A stretch of 32,000 nt of DNA, taken from contig NZ_ABEA03000010.1 of the NCBI RefSeq assembly GCF_000171235.2, positions 14,590 to 46,589 of the forward strand, read 5' to 3'. The notes under the pieces are model-generated. The model searched no databases. It saw nothing but the letters and a program-made list of their open reading frames with translations, and had not been told where the DNA came from. Shown piece by piece: positions 7,727 to 17,789 of the stretch. Made by a program: the position numbers and the translations under genes. Each line of letters starts with the position of its first letter. The stretch's first letter is position 1. Source of the stretch: Geminisphaera colitermitum TAV2 (GTDB taxonomy: Bacteria > Verrucomicrobiota > Verrucomicrobiia > Opitutales > Opitutaceae).

Positions 7727-9364
7727 TCAGCGGGATGTAGTCGAGGTTCGGATACGGGCGGCGAGTTGAGCGCGATAGAGGGAATGGGGTTCGAGGCCGG
7801 GGCGGTTCGTGCCTTCAATGTGGCCGGTAGGTTGTGCAAAGTAGCCTTTGCCTTCGACGTTGCCGGTGCAGCCGATGGCGTAGTTTTGCGCGGTGGGTGG
7901 TTTTTGGATGATGAGGCGGCGTCCGTCGGTGTCGCAGCGCCAGGCTACGGAGTGGGCGGCGGCCCAGCCGTGTCCTGTGCCCCAACTGCCGCGGTTGTAG
8001 AGGCCGAGAATGGCGGGGTTGCCGACGGGGTTGCGCGTGATGAAGCCGTCGAAGAGGAGGGCTTGGGGCCAGCGGCGGTGGCCTTCGGAGGGGGCGGTGG
8101 AGTAGGCGTTGGATGAGTCGAGGACGACGATGCCGGAGTCGAGGGTGGTGCCGTTGCTGATGAAGGCGTGGCGGGCGTGGGTGGCGTGGCAGTTTTCGAA
8201 GAGGATGAGTTGGGCTTGATAAACGCAGAAGTTGTAGCGGCGGGCTCCGATGATGCGGGAATGTGGGTCGAGGGCGCGGCAGTCGAGGGCGGTGCCGCGA
8301 GCGAAGTCGGGTCCGAATTTGATGCCGGCGGCTACGAAGTGGAGGACGGTGACGTCGCGCGCCCAGCAGTCGAGGGCGCGGCGGAAGACGAGGGCGTCTT
8401 TGGCGTGGTTTTCAGTTTGTTCGCCTTCGGTTTCGATGTCGATGCGGAGGCGGGCAACGCCGATTTCAGTGAGGAGTGGGGTGGTGTCGTATTTGTAGAG
8501 GGTGCTTTGGGTAAGGGTGCGGTCGAGGTGGTTGTAAACGGGGGCGTCAATGCTGATGGCAGGAGGGGTGGCGGGTGTGATGGCGGTGATGCGGCGGAGG
8601 TAGCGGATGGTCATTTCGGATTCGCGTTCACCGGGTTGCCAGGCGGGATCGGTGTCGGTGCCGCCGCCATTGAGGGCGCGTATCCAGGTTTCAGTTACGG
8701 GGTGTTCGACGATGACGGTATCGCCAATGGAAAAGGGGGTGGCGTCGGCAACGTCAAAGGTGCGGGAGCCGACGGTGACGCGGGGTGTGATGATGTCGGT
8801 GCGGGTGTTGGGGACGGGTTTTTGGAATTTGTCGTGGCGGCCAGTGCCTCCGGCAGTGATGACGGGTTCGGGGTTGGTGCCGGTGCGGCGGAGGATGGTG
8901 TCGCGCGTTGGGTCGTCGCCCGATCCGGAGCCGAGCAGGATAATGCCGGAGTGGCGGATGAGGAGCGGGGTGCGGAGTTCGTAGATGCCGGGTGCAAGGT
9001 GGAGCGCGCCGCGGCGGCGGGTGAGTGGGTCGATGGGGTGGGTGGCTGCAAGGGTGTCGAGCGCGGCTTGGAGGCGGGCGGTGTTGTCACCGGGTTCGGG
9101 TTGGAGGGTGGCGAGGATGGGGATGGCGTTGAGTTCGGGCAGGGGGTCGTCGGCTCCGCGATATCCGGCGTGGCTGAAGTCGGGGATGCGGTTGCCTTCG
9201 GCGTCGGCGGTGTAATGGAGCGCTCCTGTGGCGGGGTCGTAGCGGACGAGGGTGGATTGCCAAGGTGTTCCGGTGGCAGTGGGAGCGGCGGTAACCGCGA
9301 GATGGATTAGAATGAACGCGCAGGCAGCAGTGAGGCAGAGATAGCGGCGTAGCGGAGATTTCAT
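7727..9364 (-). CDS. Secreted right-handed beta-helix (pectate-lyase-fold) protein, probable glycan-active enzyme
   Basis: ATG at 9364 gives the signal peptide MKSPLRRYLCLTAACAFILIHLAV. The DNTARLQAALDTLA motif and repeated short hydrophobic rungs resemble the pectate-lyase superfamily. Function is not resolved from sequence alone. Confidence 0.5.
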   Translation of the reverse strand: MKSPLRRYLCLTAACAFILIHLAVTAAPTATGTPWQSTLVRYDPATGALHYTADAEGNRIPDFSHAGYRGADDPLPELNAIPILATLQPEPGDNTARLQAALDTLAATHPIDPLTRRRGALHLAPGIYELRTPLLIRHSGIILLGSGSGDDPTRDTILRRTGTNPEPVITAGGTGRHDKFQKPVPNTRTDIITPRVTVGSRTFDVADATPFSIGDTVIVEHPVTETWIRALNGGGTDTDPAWQPGERESEMTIRYLRRITAITPATPPAISIDAPVYNHLDRTLTQSTLYKYDTTPLLTEIGVARLRIDIETEGEQTENHAKDALVFRRALDCWARDVTVLHFVAAGIKFGPDFARGTALDCRALDPHSRIIGARRYNFCVYQAQLILFENCHATHARHAFISNGTTLDSGIVVLDSSNAYSTAPSEGHRRWPQALLFDGFITRNPVGNPAILGLYNRGSWGTGHGWAAAHSVAWRCDTDGRRLIIQKPPTAQNYAIGCTGNVEGKGYFAQPTGHIEGTNRPGLEPHSLYRAQLAARIRTSTTSR

Positions 9365-9477
9365 GACAGGGTAAATATTGCTGCGCAATGTGTGCTCGTG
9401 GTGCGTGTGTATGGGGGGGGGGGCAAGGGATCGGAGCGGCGTTTTGGAGAGAAGAACGCCGCTGCGTCAGAAGTTCG

Positions 9478-10374
9478 TTAGCGGTAGCGGCGGATGATGA
9501 GCGTGAGGGCGAGAATCAAACCGGCGGTGAGCATGGCCCATGTCGCGGGTTCGGGAACGGTCGAGGTGGTGGCGAGGAGTTGGTCTTGCGTGAGGATGCC
9601 GTTGGTGAGGCGGACTTCGTCAATGGTGCCCCCGAAGTTGCGATATTCGTAAATGCCGCCGTCTTTGTTACAACTGGTACCGATGACGAAGGGCGCGGTG
9701 GAGGTGGTGGTAAGGGCTTTGAGTGAGGCCGTTTTAGTAACAGACTGAATGTCGCCTCCGGCGCTCAGGTCTTGAAGATAAAAGACGGCAGTGGTGCCGG
9801 AACCGTCGGCAATGACGCTGGCTCCCACGTAGTAATTTTTCGCGTCGGCTCCGGTCGTCAGGAAGAGACCGGAGCTGAGATCGTTGTAAGAGGTGCCCTG
9901 ATTGGCCGAGTTTCCGAGACGCAGGTAAAGTTCACCGGTGGTCTTGACGCCGAAGAGCCAGTTGGCGTTGGCATTGTTACCTGTTTCAAAACCGAACTGT
10001 CCGGCGATGACGGCGGGGTTGGTGCCGTTGAAGGAGGTGATGCTGATGTCGGCTTCGATGGTGAAGGCTTGGAAGTTGAAGACAGCGCTGTCTGGGGTGC
10101 TGAGATAGTTTTTGATGGAACCGGAGCTGTCGAACACGAGGGCTTTGGTGTTGGTGTTGCCGGTTTGCGGGATGGTGGCGTGGAAGGGCGTGGCGACTTG
10201 GGCGGGCGTGGTGCTGCTGACTGCGAGGTTCAGATTGTTGCCGGAGGAGTCTTTGCCGAGGTTGGTGCTGTCTTCAAAGCGCCACCAGCCGATGGTGTCG
10301 GCGGCGATGGCGGCAGGGGAGGCGAGCCCGAGGCTGGTGAGGATGAGAAGGGTGCGGAGGTTTTGGTTTTTCAT
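9478..10374 (-). CDS. LamG/concanavalin-like lectin-domain protein with PEP-CTERM sorting signal
   Basis: ATG at 10374 gives the signal peptide MKNQNLRTLLILTSLGLASPAAIA. The LamG-type end is IDEVRLTNGILTQDQL. The C-terminus VPEPATWAMLTAGLILALTLIIRRYR is PEP motif, TM helix and basic tail. Confidence 0.8.
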   Translation of the reverse strand: MKNQNLRTLLILTSLGLASPAAIAADTIGWWRFEDSTNLGKDSSGNNLNLAVSSTTPAQVATPFHATIPQTGNTNTKALVFDSSGSIKNYLSTPDSAVFNFQAFTIEADISITSFNGTNPAVIAGQFGFETGNNANANWLFGVKTTGELYLRLGNSANQGTSYNDLSSGLFLTTGADAKNYYVGASVIADGSGTTAVFYLQDLSAGGDIQSVTKTASLKALTTTSTAPFVIGTSCNKDGGIYEYRNFGGTIDEVRLTNGILTQDQLLATTSTVPEPATWAMLTAGLILALTLIIRRYR

Positions 10375-10444
10375 GGTGTGTATGTTTGATGTGGACAGGG
10401 ATAAAAGGGAGGCCCTGGCAAGGGGGGGGGGGGGGGGACGCTCA

Positions 10445-11590
10445 TCAGGTGGAGGCGGTAGCGCGGGAACGGGCGCTTGCCTTGGACGCTGTTGCCGGAG
10501 GCTGGGTCGAGAGATCTTGCACGGATTGGCGGATGATGAGGCGGGGGGCGATGCGCACGTTTTGTGATGGATTGTCGGCGTCCGGCGCACCGGACACGGA
10601 CATGCGGCGCAGGAGAAGGTCAACGGCAACGCGGGTCATTTCCTCGAAGGGTTGGTCGAGCGAAGTGAGGGCAGGGGTCATGAGGGGGCAGGCAGAGGTG
10701 TTGTCGATACCGACAATGCTGAGCTGGCGGGGAATGGTGATGCCGGCAGAGGCCGCCCGGTGCAGTAGTGGAAGGGCGAATACGTCGCTCGTTATGAGCG
10801 CGGTGGGAGCGTCGGCGTCGAGGTGCTTCCAGGTGGCGATAATTTCGTCAACTTTGTCGAGGGCGGGGCGTTCGGGTTCGTCTGAGATGGCTTGGAATTC
10901 GGTGTAGTTGCGGATGCCGCGCTCCTCGGTGAACTGGCGGTAGGCGTTGATGCGGGCGCGAAAGAAGGAGTTGCCGGAGTAGTGGCCGAAGGTGGCAATG
11001 CGGCGGTGGCCGAGTGTCCAGAGGTGTTCGGCGGCCATGCGGATGTTCATTTCCTGATCGATGCTGACGACGTCCATCGGGGTGGCGGAGTGGCGTTCGC
11101 GGTTGAGGAGGACGAGGGGGATGCGGGAGGCAATCCAGTGGAGGAGGGCGGTGTCGGTGTCGGCAGCGCGCCAGAGGACGCCGCGGATGTCGGAGTCGGC
11201 GAGCCACTGGGTGAGGCGGGTGGATTCGCCGAGGTGAAAGACGGAGAGGGCAAAGTTTTGTTCGTTGAGTTGCTGGCTGGCCGTGGTGAGGATTTTGCCC
11301 ATCAGGGTCTGGTAGGTGTTTTCGATCCACTCTTCGTTGGTGGCACGGCGGGGGGCCTGCGCGCAGACGATCAGGACGTTGCGTGTGCTGGCGTTGGCGC
11401 GGGGGGCGGCTTTGCGGGAGACGTAGCCGAGTTTTTCGGCGATGGTCAGGACGCGCTGACGGGTTTCGTCGCTGACGTTGAGCGTGCCGCCGTTGACTCC
11501 AGAGAGAATCGCGGAGACGGCGGCTTGGCTGATGCCGGCTTTGCGCGCGATTTGGGCTTGGGTGACAATTGGTTTTGAGGGGGAACGCAT
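10445..11590 (-). CDS. LacI-family transcriptional regulator
   Basis: N-terminal HTH VTQAQIARKAGISQAAVSAILSG followed by a periplasmic-binding-protein-like sugar-binding core. Confidence 0.85.
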   Translation of the reverse strand: MRSPSKPIVTQAQIARKAGISQAAVSAILSGVNGGTLNVSDETRQRVLTIAEKLGYVSRKAAPRANASTRNVLIVCAQAPRRATNEEWIENTYQTLMGKILTTASQQLNEQNFALSVFHLGESTRLTQWLADSDIRGVLWRAADTDTALLHWIASRIPLVLLNRERHSATPMDVVSIDQEMNIRMAAEHLWTLGHRRIATFGHYSGNSFFRARINAYRQFTEERGIRNYTEFQAISDEPERPALDKVDEIIATWKHLDADAPTALITSDVFALPLLHRAASAGITIPRQLSIVGIDNTSACPLMTPALTSLDQPFEEMTRVAVDLLLRRMSVSGAPDADNPSQNVRIAPRLIIRQSVQDLSTQPPATASKASARSRATAST

Positions 11591-11817
11591 GGAGATTTTT
11601 GCGATAAAATTAAAAATAATCTGTTTTTAATTATAAATAATGTCAAGGCGGTTTTTATTGGAATCATTAAGATGGCCAAGGGGGGGGGGGAGGGGGGGCG
11701 TGATTTCCCAGTGTTTTTGCAAATGCGCTCCGGAAGTGTTGGGCAGTCTTGCCACAGCGACTGTTAAGTGAGGAAGTCGGTGGTTTCTGAGTTTTTTGGC
11801 CGTCAAATCATCCTGCC
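11591..11817. promoter_or_regulatory. Divergent intergenic region (lacI-type regulator / fucosidase) with an AT-rich block, an inverted repeat and a G11-A-G7 tract
   Basis: 11595-11675 is strongly AT-rich in a GC-rich genome. Inverted repeat attaaaaa (11609-11616) / tttttaat (11624-11631). Homopolymer at 11680-11698. No promoter or operator consensus could be assigned. Confidence 0.3.
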
Positions 11818-13266
11818 ATGTCGCTCCTCCCTCCCTTCGCTCCTATTCCGTCACCTGCGCAACTTGCCTGGCAGCGCACCGAGACCAATCTGTTTGTGCA
11901 TATTTGCGTGAACACGTTTACCGGACGCGAATGGGGCGACGGCACGGAATCGCCGGCGATTTTTAATCCGTCAAAGCTCGACTGCCGCCAGTGGGCGCGG
12001 GTGGCCAGGGAGGCGGGGATCAAGATCGGCATCCTGACGGCGAAACACCACGACGGGTTTTGTCTTTGGCCAACGGATACAACAGGGCACTCGGTGAAGG
12101 CGTCTCCGTGGCGCGACGGCAAAGGCGATTTGGTGCGCGAGTTCGTGGACGCGTTTCGTGCCGAGGGGCTCAAGGTCGGGTTGTACCTGTCGCCGTGGGA
12201 TCGTCACGAGAAGTGCTACGGTGACTCGTCGCGCTACAATGATTTTTATTGCGCGCAACTGACCGAGTTGCTGACGCGCTACGGCGAGTTGCACGAGGTT
12301 TGGTTCGATGGCGCGTGCGCCGAGGGGCCGAACGGGAGAAAACAGAAATATGACTGGGATCGGTTTTCCGGGATCGTGAAAACATTGCAGCCGAAGGCAG
12401 TGACGTTTGGCGACGGGGGAACCGACGTGCGCTGGGTGGGCAACGAGCGCGGGTTTGCCAACGAAACGTGCTGGGGGTCGGTCGATCCACGGACGGTCCG
12501 ATTTCCGGGCGACTCGGGGATTTGCCAGGCCAACGACGCCGCGGCGCGCGAGGAACTGAAACGGCATTTCGGCAGCGGCGACGCACCCGATCGCGAGGGT
12601 CGCGAGCCTCGCGTGTGGCGTCCGGCGGAGTGCGACGTGTCGATCCGGCCGGGATGGTTTTACCACGCGGAGGAAGATGGCAAGGTGCGGTCAGTTGAGA
12701 ATCTGGTGGATTTGTATTTTCGCAGCGTGGGGCGCAACGGGCTGTTGCTGCTCAACATTCCGCCGACGCGTGAGGGGCTTTTTCACGAGAACGACATCGC
12801 GGCGATCACCGGGATGCGACGCGAGCTGGACCGGATTTTCGCGCAAGACCTGGCGCAGACGGAGGGCGTCCGCGTGACAGCCGACACCGAGCGCGTGAGC
12901 GGTCCGTGCGCGGTGTTGGAGTATTTTGCAGAGTCGGTGCGTGATGGGAATTCGGATACGTTCTGGGCCGCGCCGGATGGCGTTACAACGGCCATGCTGG
13001 AAATGGAGTTTCCAGAAAAAGGAGGGGTGTCCGTGAGCGTGATTTGTCTGGAGGAGGCGATCCAAAACGGGCAGCGCATCGCGGCATATCACGTGGAGGC
13101 TGAGGTCGCCGGGGCGGAGGGAACGTGGACGGAAATCGTGCGCGGCACGACGATCGGACGCAAAAAACTCGACCGGCTCGCGGCTCCGGTGCGAGCGAGG
13201 CGGTTGCGTTTGGTGATCGACGAGGCACTCGCGCCGCCGGCTTTGTCGGCGTGGCGGGTGTATTGA
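11818..13266 (+). CDS. GH29 alpha-L-fucosidase with C-terminal F5/8 type C (discoidin) domain
   Basis: 482 aa. Contains AKHHDGFCLWPT and YLSPWD motifs typical of GH29. The C-terminal ~130 aa is a beta-sandwich-like region (RRLRLVIDEA). Confidence 0.8.
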   Translation: MSLLPPFAPIPSPAQLAWQRTETNLFVHICVNTFTGREWGDGTESPAIFNPSKLDCRQWARVAREAGIKIGILTAKHHDGFCLWPTDTTGHSVKASPWRDGKGDLVREFVDAFRAEGLKVGLYLSPWDRHEKCYGDSSRYNDFYCAQLTELLTRYGELHEVWFDGACAEGPNGRKQKYDWDRFSGIVKTLQPKAVTFGDGGTDVRWVGNERGFANETCWGSVDPRTVRFPGDSGICQANDAAAREELKRHFGSGDAPDREGREPRVWRPAECDVSIRPGWFYHAEEDGKVRSVENLVDLYFRSVGRNGLLLLNIPPTREGLFHENDIAAITGMRRELDRIFAQDLAQTEGVRVTADTERVSGPCAVLEYFAESVRDGNSDTFWAAPDGVTTAMLEMEFPEKGGVSVSVICLEEAIQNGQRIAAYHVEAEVAGAEGTWTEIVRGTTIGRKKLDRLAAPVRARRLRLVIDEALAPPALSAWRVY

Positions 13267-13346
13267 GCGACGTGCTCCGGACGGCAAAATCCGGGTTATA
13301 AAATAGAGGTGCATCTTCGTCCGGATCGGCTTTGGTAAAATGCCAA

Positions 13347-16300
13347 ATGGTTACCAATAGAGGAAAGATCGGGTTGGGTGTTATTGTGGTGTTGCTGGCG
13401 GCCTTGGGTTTCCTGGCATGGCAATGGAAAACGCAACCATTCGCTAGTCAGACGGTTGCCTTTTCGTCCGGTCCGGACGTCGTCCCGTCAGATGCCTCGG
13501 ACGCAGGCGCAGAAGAGGAAATTGGTCCGGTGAATTTCGCCCCCGTGTCGTTTGTGCCTGTCGTGACCGCCGCCGATCAGTCGCGGTTATCCGCCGCCAG
13601 TCCCGCCCCGTCCAATCCCACGCCGGTTTACGCAGGACTGCCGCCTGAAACCGTTTGGCGAGTGCCGGCCAATGCCGATGGCGTCGATTATATCGTGGCT
13701 CTCGATGAACTTTATTTGCCGGCGCGCTCCGATCTTCCCGGCAACACGCTTCGGCTCACCTCTCCCGCGGCCGATTTGCCGGTGCTGCTTCGAATCGCCT
13801 CCGAACACGCCCCCGCAGACGCCGCTTTATCCGCCGCCCAGCCGAACCTTGTCCTTTATCCGGCGGATTCCCCGCGCAGTGAGTCGCAACGCCTCCTCGT
13901 GACCATGCAGGTGTGGATCGAAACGGATTTGCCCTCCTCCGCTTCCACCTCGACGAGCCCCGCCCCTGCCGCGCTTTCCGCACGCGCCGCCGAACTTGGT
14001 CTCGTCCGCCTTCAGCCCGTCACGTATTCACCCGGCACCTACATCGCTGATGTCGCCGGCGACCCTGCCCAGCCGCTCCGCGCCGCCGCCGCGCTTTCGC
14101 AAATGCCCGGTGTGCGTCTGGCCATGCCCGTGCTTGCGCCGCGCCTCGCGCCCGCAGCCATCCCCAACGATCCCCTCTTTTCCCGTCAGTGGCATCTCTA
14201 CAACAACGGACAGCAGGGGGGCAAAGCCGGTTGCGATATCAACGTCCTGTCCGTCTGGGATCAGGGCTACAGCGGCGCCGATTCCGGCTCCGGCCTTGAA
14301 CCTGCCACGCCTGTGCGCATTGGCATCGTCGACGATGGTATTCAGATGAGCATTACCGATGTCGCCGACTGGCCGTATCCACCCGAAAGCGATCACCCCG
14401 ACCTCAAACAAAACCTTGGCGGCAAACACAAAGACTGGCTCGCCCCCATTGAAGCTTCCCTGCGCGCCGCCAATCCCCACTACCAGTTCATCGAGGCCGG
14501 CAAACACGGCACCCCCGTTGCCGGCCTCGCTGCTGCGCGCGGCAACAACACCCTTGGCCTGACCGGTGTTGCCCCCCGCTCCAGCCTCACCCGCCTCCGC
14601 GTCCTCGGCCACGAGAAGAGCACACCTGCCCTCATTGCCGAGGCTCTCGTGTGGGATTGTCCCGCGGCCGACATGATTGAACAAAACGGCGTCAAATACC
14701 CGCCGCTCGACGACGTGATTCACGTCAAGAACAACAGTTGGGGCCCCTACACGACAAAACCCTCCGAGTGGCCCGCATGGACCACCTATAAACCCATCTT
14801 CGACGCCCTCGCCACCGGCGTCCGCCAAGGCCGCTACTGGGCCGGCACGATCTACGTCTTCGCCTCGGGCAATGACCAGCTCATCAACCCCGGCGTCAAA
14901 AACCCCGTCGCCGCCGGCAGCATCAACCTCATTCCCGTCGGAGCCGCCGACAACAAAGGCAAAGTCGCCAGCTACAGTCAGGGCGGCCCCCACCTCGTGG
15001 TCAGCGCGCCCTGCGATGCCGGTACCGGCGTTGCCACTACCGACCTCACCGGTGACCGCGGTTACAACGCGCTCGCCAGCAAAGTAACCGGCGAAGTTGC
15101 CGACCTCGATTACACCACGGGATTCACCGGCACCTCCGCCGCTGCCTCCATCGTCTCCGGCGTCGTTGCCCTCATGCTCGAAGCCAACCCCGACCTCGGC
15201 TGGCGCGACGTGAAGGAAATCCTCCTGCGCACCTCCACCCGCACCGGCGGTTCCAACTGGGTGACGCGCGACGGCGGCCAGCCCTCTCTCCCGCTCATCA
15301 AACACGATGACCGCATGGGCGGCGGCATCGTCAATGCCACCGAGGCCGTCAAGCTCGCCCGCGCCTGGCAAAACCTTCCCGTCAACCTCTCCACTGAACC
15401 CGCGAACGATCCCGTTTACGGTTCCAGTTCGCTTGCCACCACCGCCGCCACCACCCTGCCCGACAAAGGCAGCGCCAAGGCGATTTTCGATTTTTCGCAG
15501 ACCGGCTCCAACATCCGCGTCGAACACGTCGAATTGGAACTCAAGGTCACGCATTCTCAGCGCGGCGCTCTCACGATCACGCTTCGCTCGCCCTCCGGCG
15601 TCACCAGCACCTTCCTCCCCCGTCACGGTCAGGATACCGGCGCCAACGTCCAGACCACCCTCGTCAGCGTCCGTCACTGGGGCGAACTCTCCAAGGGCAA
15701 ATGGACCCTTACCGTCACCGATGCTGTCACCGACGAACGTATCGGTATCCTTGCCACGGGTACCAAGCTCACTCTCACCGGTGCCCTGCTCACCGAACCT
15801 CTTATCAAAGCTCCCGATCAACCTGTCCCCCTCACCATTGTCCCCGTCGGCTCCTCCGCCACTCTCATAACCACCGGCACCGGCCACACGCTCCACTACC
15901 AATGGCGACAGAATAACCAGAACATTCCCGTTGCCACCACGCCCACCGCCAATGACCCCGCCCTCGTCATTCCCTCGGCGACGATCTCGCACGGCGGTTC
16001 CTACACCTGCCGCGTCAGCAATCTTCTCGGCGCCACCGTCAGCGCCGCCGCCAACCTCACTGTCTATGAAACGACTGCGCAATCCATGACCGCCTCCGCT
16101 GGCTCCACCCTTGTTTTCCCGACGCTTGTCAGTGGCACCGGCCTGCAAAACCTCGCCTGGTACCGCGATGGGAAACCCCTCCTCAACGACAACCGTATCA
16201 GTGGAGCCAATACAACCCGGCTCACCATCAAAAACCTCACCACCGCCGACAGCGGTGCCTACACCCTTCAGGTCAATGCCGCCGACGGCACATCCCTCAA

Positions 16301-17771
16301 CGGCGGCGCTCACATCCTCGCTCCCGTCAATCTCACTGTCACCCCGCGTCCCGGTGACGAGAACGCCATCGCCATCACCGGCGAAGTCGGACGCGGCCTC
16401 GCTCTCTCCGTCCCCGAAGGCGGTGTGAGCTACAGCTACAAAGGCCTGCCCAAAGGACTGAAATACGACAAGAAAACCGGCCTCATCACCCACTACGCCA
16501 CCACTCCCGGCAGCTATCCGGTGACGCTTACCATCACCTGGCCCGACAAAACCAAGACCACGCTCCCCACCTGGCTTGTCACCATCGAACCCTCCCCGGC
16601 TGTCGGCACATTCAACGGCTTCGTGCACCGCTCGCCCTCGCTCAACCAAAACCTCGGAGCCTCTTTTACCCTGACCAGCACGCCTGCCGGTTCGTTCACC
16701 GGCAAGCTCACCATCGCCAAGTCCTCCGCCTCCTTCCGCGGCAACCTGAGCCGCCCCGAGACCGGCCCCGCGATCCTCGCCACCACCGTTACTCCGCGCG
16801 GCTATCCGCCGCTCGCGCTTTACCTGGAGATTCCGCAAGACGGCACCGCCGCCACCGGCTACCTGCAACCCGTCGGTTCCCCCGCCGATGTTGCCAGCGT
16901 CACTGCGTCCCTCGCCAATGGCACTGCCGCCGCCGTCACCGCATGGCGCAATCCTTGGAATAAAAAAACCTTCCCCGCCACCAGCCAGACCGGCGCCTAC
17001 ACCCTGGCAATGGAAAATCCGGTATCCAATCCCGCCCTACAACCCGCCGGCTACACCACCGCGGCGCTCAAGGTGGCGGACGACGGAAAACTCACCTGGA
17101 CTCTCTATCCCGCGGACGGGTCCTCCGCGCTCAAAGGCAGCACCACGATTTCGTTCGACGGAACTTTCCCGCTCTATGCCGTGGAGAGCACGCCTGCCGG
17201 GACGTTCCTTGGCTGGATTACGCTGCCCGACCGGTTTTCAACTGGTTCGATTACGACCGGCGATCTCACTTGGACTCGCGCTCCAGTGACGAGCAGCAAA
17301 GGCGTGCAGAGTTACCCGGACGGCTTCGGTCCGCTTCCGCTTACCCTGACGGGCGCGGCCTACGCTCCACCGGCCAAGGGCGCGCTTCTGTTCGGCCTTG
17401 TGCCAGAGGACGGCAACCTGCAACTCAAGCTTGTCGAAAACGAAGCGACCGGTATGGGCGAGCAGGGATATTATCTCGACGCGCTTTATTTTGGACTCTG
17501 GACCGGCAACAAAATCCGCAACCCCACGATGCCGTTGACTCCTAAGCTCACGCTCAAACCGGCAACGGGTGAATTTAGCGGCAGCCTCACACTGGCCGAC
17601 CCGAATCCCGCGAACCCAAACAAGACGATCAAGCGCACCGTGAAATTCAACGGCGTGATCCTGCAAAATTGGGATCAGGCGGTTGGTTATTATCTGCTCC
17701 CGGTTTCGCCCGCCGGCACGATGCCCGGCCCACTGTCGGGCGAAGCAATCTTGATGCCGAAGGTGGAGTGA
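13347..17771 (+). CDS. Large secreted S8 (kexin/proprotein-convertase-like) serine peptidase with P-domain and Ig-like repeats
   Basis: Catalytic triad contexts are GIVDDGIQ (Asp), HGTPVAGLAAARGNN (His) and GTSAAASIVSGVVALML (Ser). P-domain-like VEHVELELKVTHSQRGALTITLRSPSGV. Ig I-set-like GGSYTCRVSNLLG and SGAYTLQVNA. A TTG at 13332 is an alternative start. Confidence 0.85.
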   Translation: MVTNRGKIGLGVIVVLLAALGFLAWQWKTQPFASQTVAFSSGPDVVPSDASDAGAEEEIGPVNFAPVSFVPVVTAADQSRLSAASPAPSNPTPVYAGLPPETVWRVPANADGVDYIVALDELYLPARSDLPGNTLRLTSPAADLPVLLRIASEHAPADAALSAAQPNLVLYPADSPRSESQRLLVTMQVWIETDLPSSASTSTSPAPAALSARAAELGLVRLQPVTYSPGTYIADVAGDPAQPLRAAAALSQMPGVRLAMPVLAPRLAPAAIPNDPLFSRQWHLYNNGQQGGKAGCDINVLSVWDQGYSGADSGSGLEPATPVRIGIVDDGIQMSITDVADWPYPPESDHPDLKQNLGGKHKDWLAPIEASLRAANPHYQFIEAGKHGTPVAGLAAARGNNTLGLTGVAPRSSLTRLRVLGHEKSTPALIAEALVWDCPAADMIEQNGVKYPPLDDVIHVKNNSWGPYTTKPSEWPAWTTYKPIFDALATGVRQGRYWAGTIYVFASGNDQLINPGVKNPVAAGSINLIPVGAADNKGKVASYSQGGPHLVVSAPCDAGTGVATTDLTGDRGYNALASKVTGEVADLDYTTGFTGTSAAASIVSGVVALMLEANPDLGWRDVKEILLRTSTRTGGSNWVTRDGGQPSLPLIKHDDRMGGGIVNATEAVKLARAWQNLPVNLSTEPANDPVYGSSSLATTAATTLPDKGSAKAIFDFSQTGSNIRVEHVELELKVTHSQRGALTITLRSPSGVTSTFLPRHGQDTGANVQTTLVSVRHWGELSKGKWTLTVTDAVTDERIGILATGTKLTLTGALLTEPLIKAPDQPVPLTIVPVGSSATLITTGTGHTLHYQWRQNNQNIPVATTPTANDPALVIPSATISHGGSYTCRVSNLLGATVSAAANLTVYETTAQSMTASAGSTLVFPTLVSGTGLQNLAWYRDGKPLLNDNRISGANTTRLTIKNLTTADSGAYTLQVNAADGTSLNGGAHILAPVNLTVTPRPGDENAIAITGEVGRGLALSVPEGGVSYSYKGLPKGLKYDKKTGLITHYATTPGSYPVTLTITWPDKTKTTLPTWLVTIEPSPAVGTFNGFVHRSPSLNQNLGASFTLTSTPAGSFTGKLTIAKSSASFRGNLSRPETGPAILATTVTPRGYPPLALYLEIPQDGTAATGYLQPVGSPADVASVTASLANGTAAAVTAWRNPWNKKTFPATSQTGAYTLAMENPVSNPALQPAGYTTAALKVADDGKLTWTLYPADGSSALKGSTTISFDGTFPLYAVESTPAGTFLGWITLPDRFSTGSITTGDLTWTRAPVTSSKGVQSYPDGFGPLPLTLTGAAYAPPAKGALLFGLVPEDGNLQLKLVENEATGMGEQGYYLDALYFGLWTGNKIRNPTMPLTPKLTLKPATGEFSGSLTLADPNPANPNKTIKRTVKFNGVILQNWDQAVGYYLLPVSPAGTMPGPLSGEAILMPKVE

Positions 17772-17789
17772 GCCAACAAATCAAACCGT

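Noticed and set aside
5420-9310. Long plus-strand ORFs 5420-7096 and 8168-9310
   Set aside because: They are antisense to the SGNH hydrolase, prepilin-like and beta-helix genes, all of which carry signal peptides and family motifs. The plus-strand products are Gly/Val-rich and low in complexity.
14028-16868. 946-aa minus-strand ORF
   Set aside because: It is antisense to the S8 protease gene. Its composition is rich in G, A and V, with no motifs.
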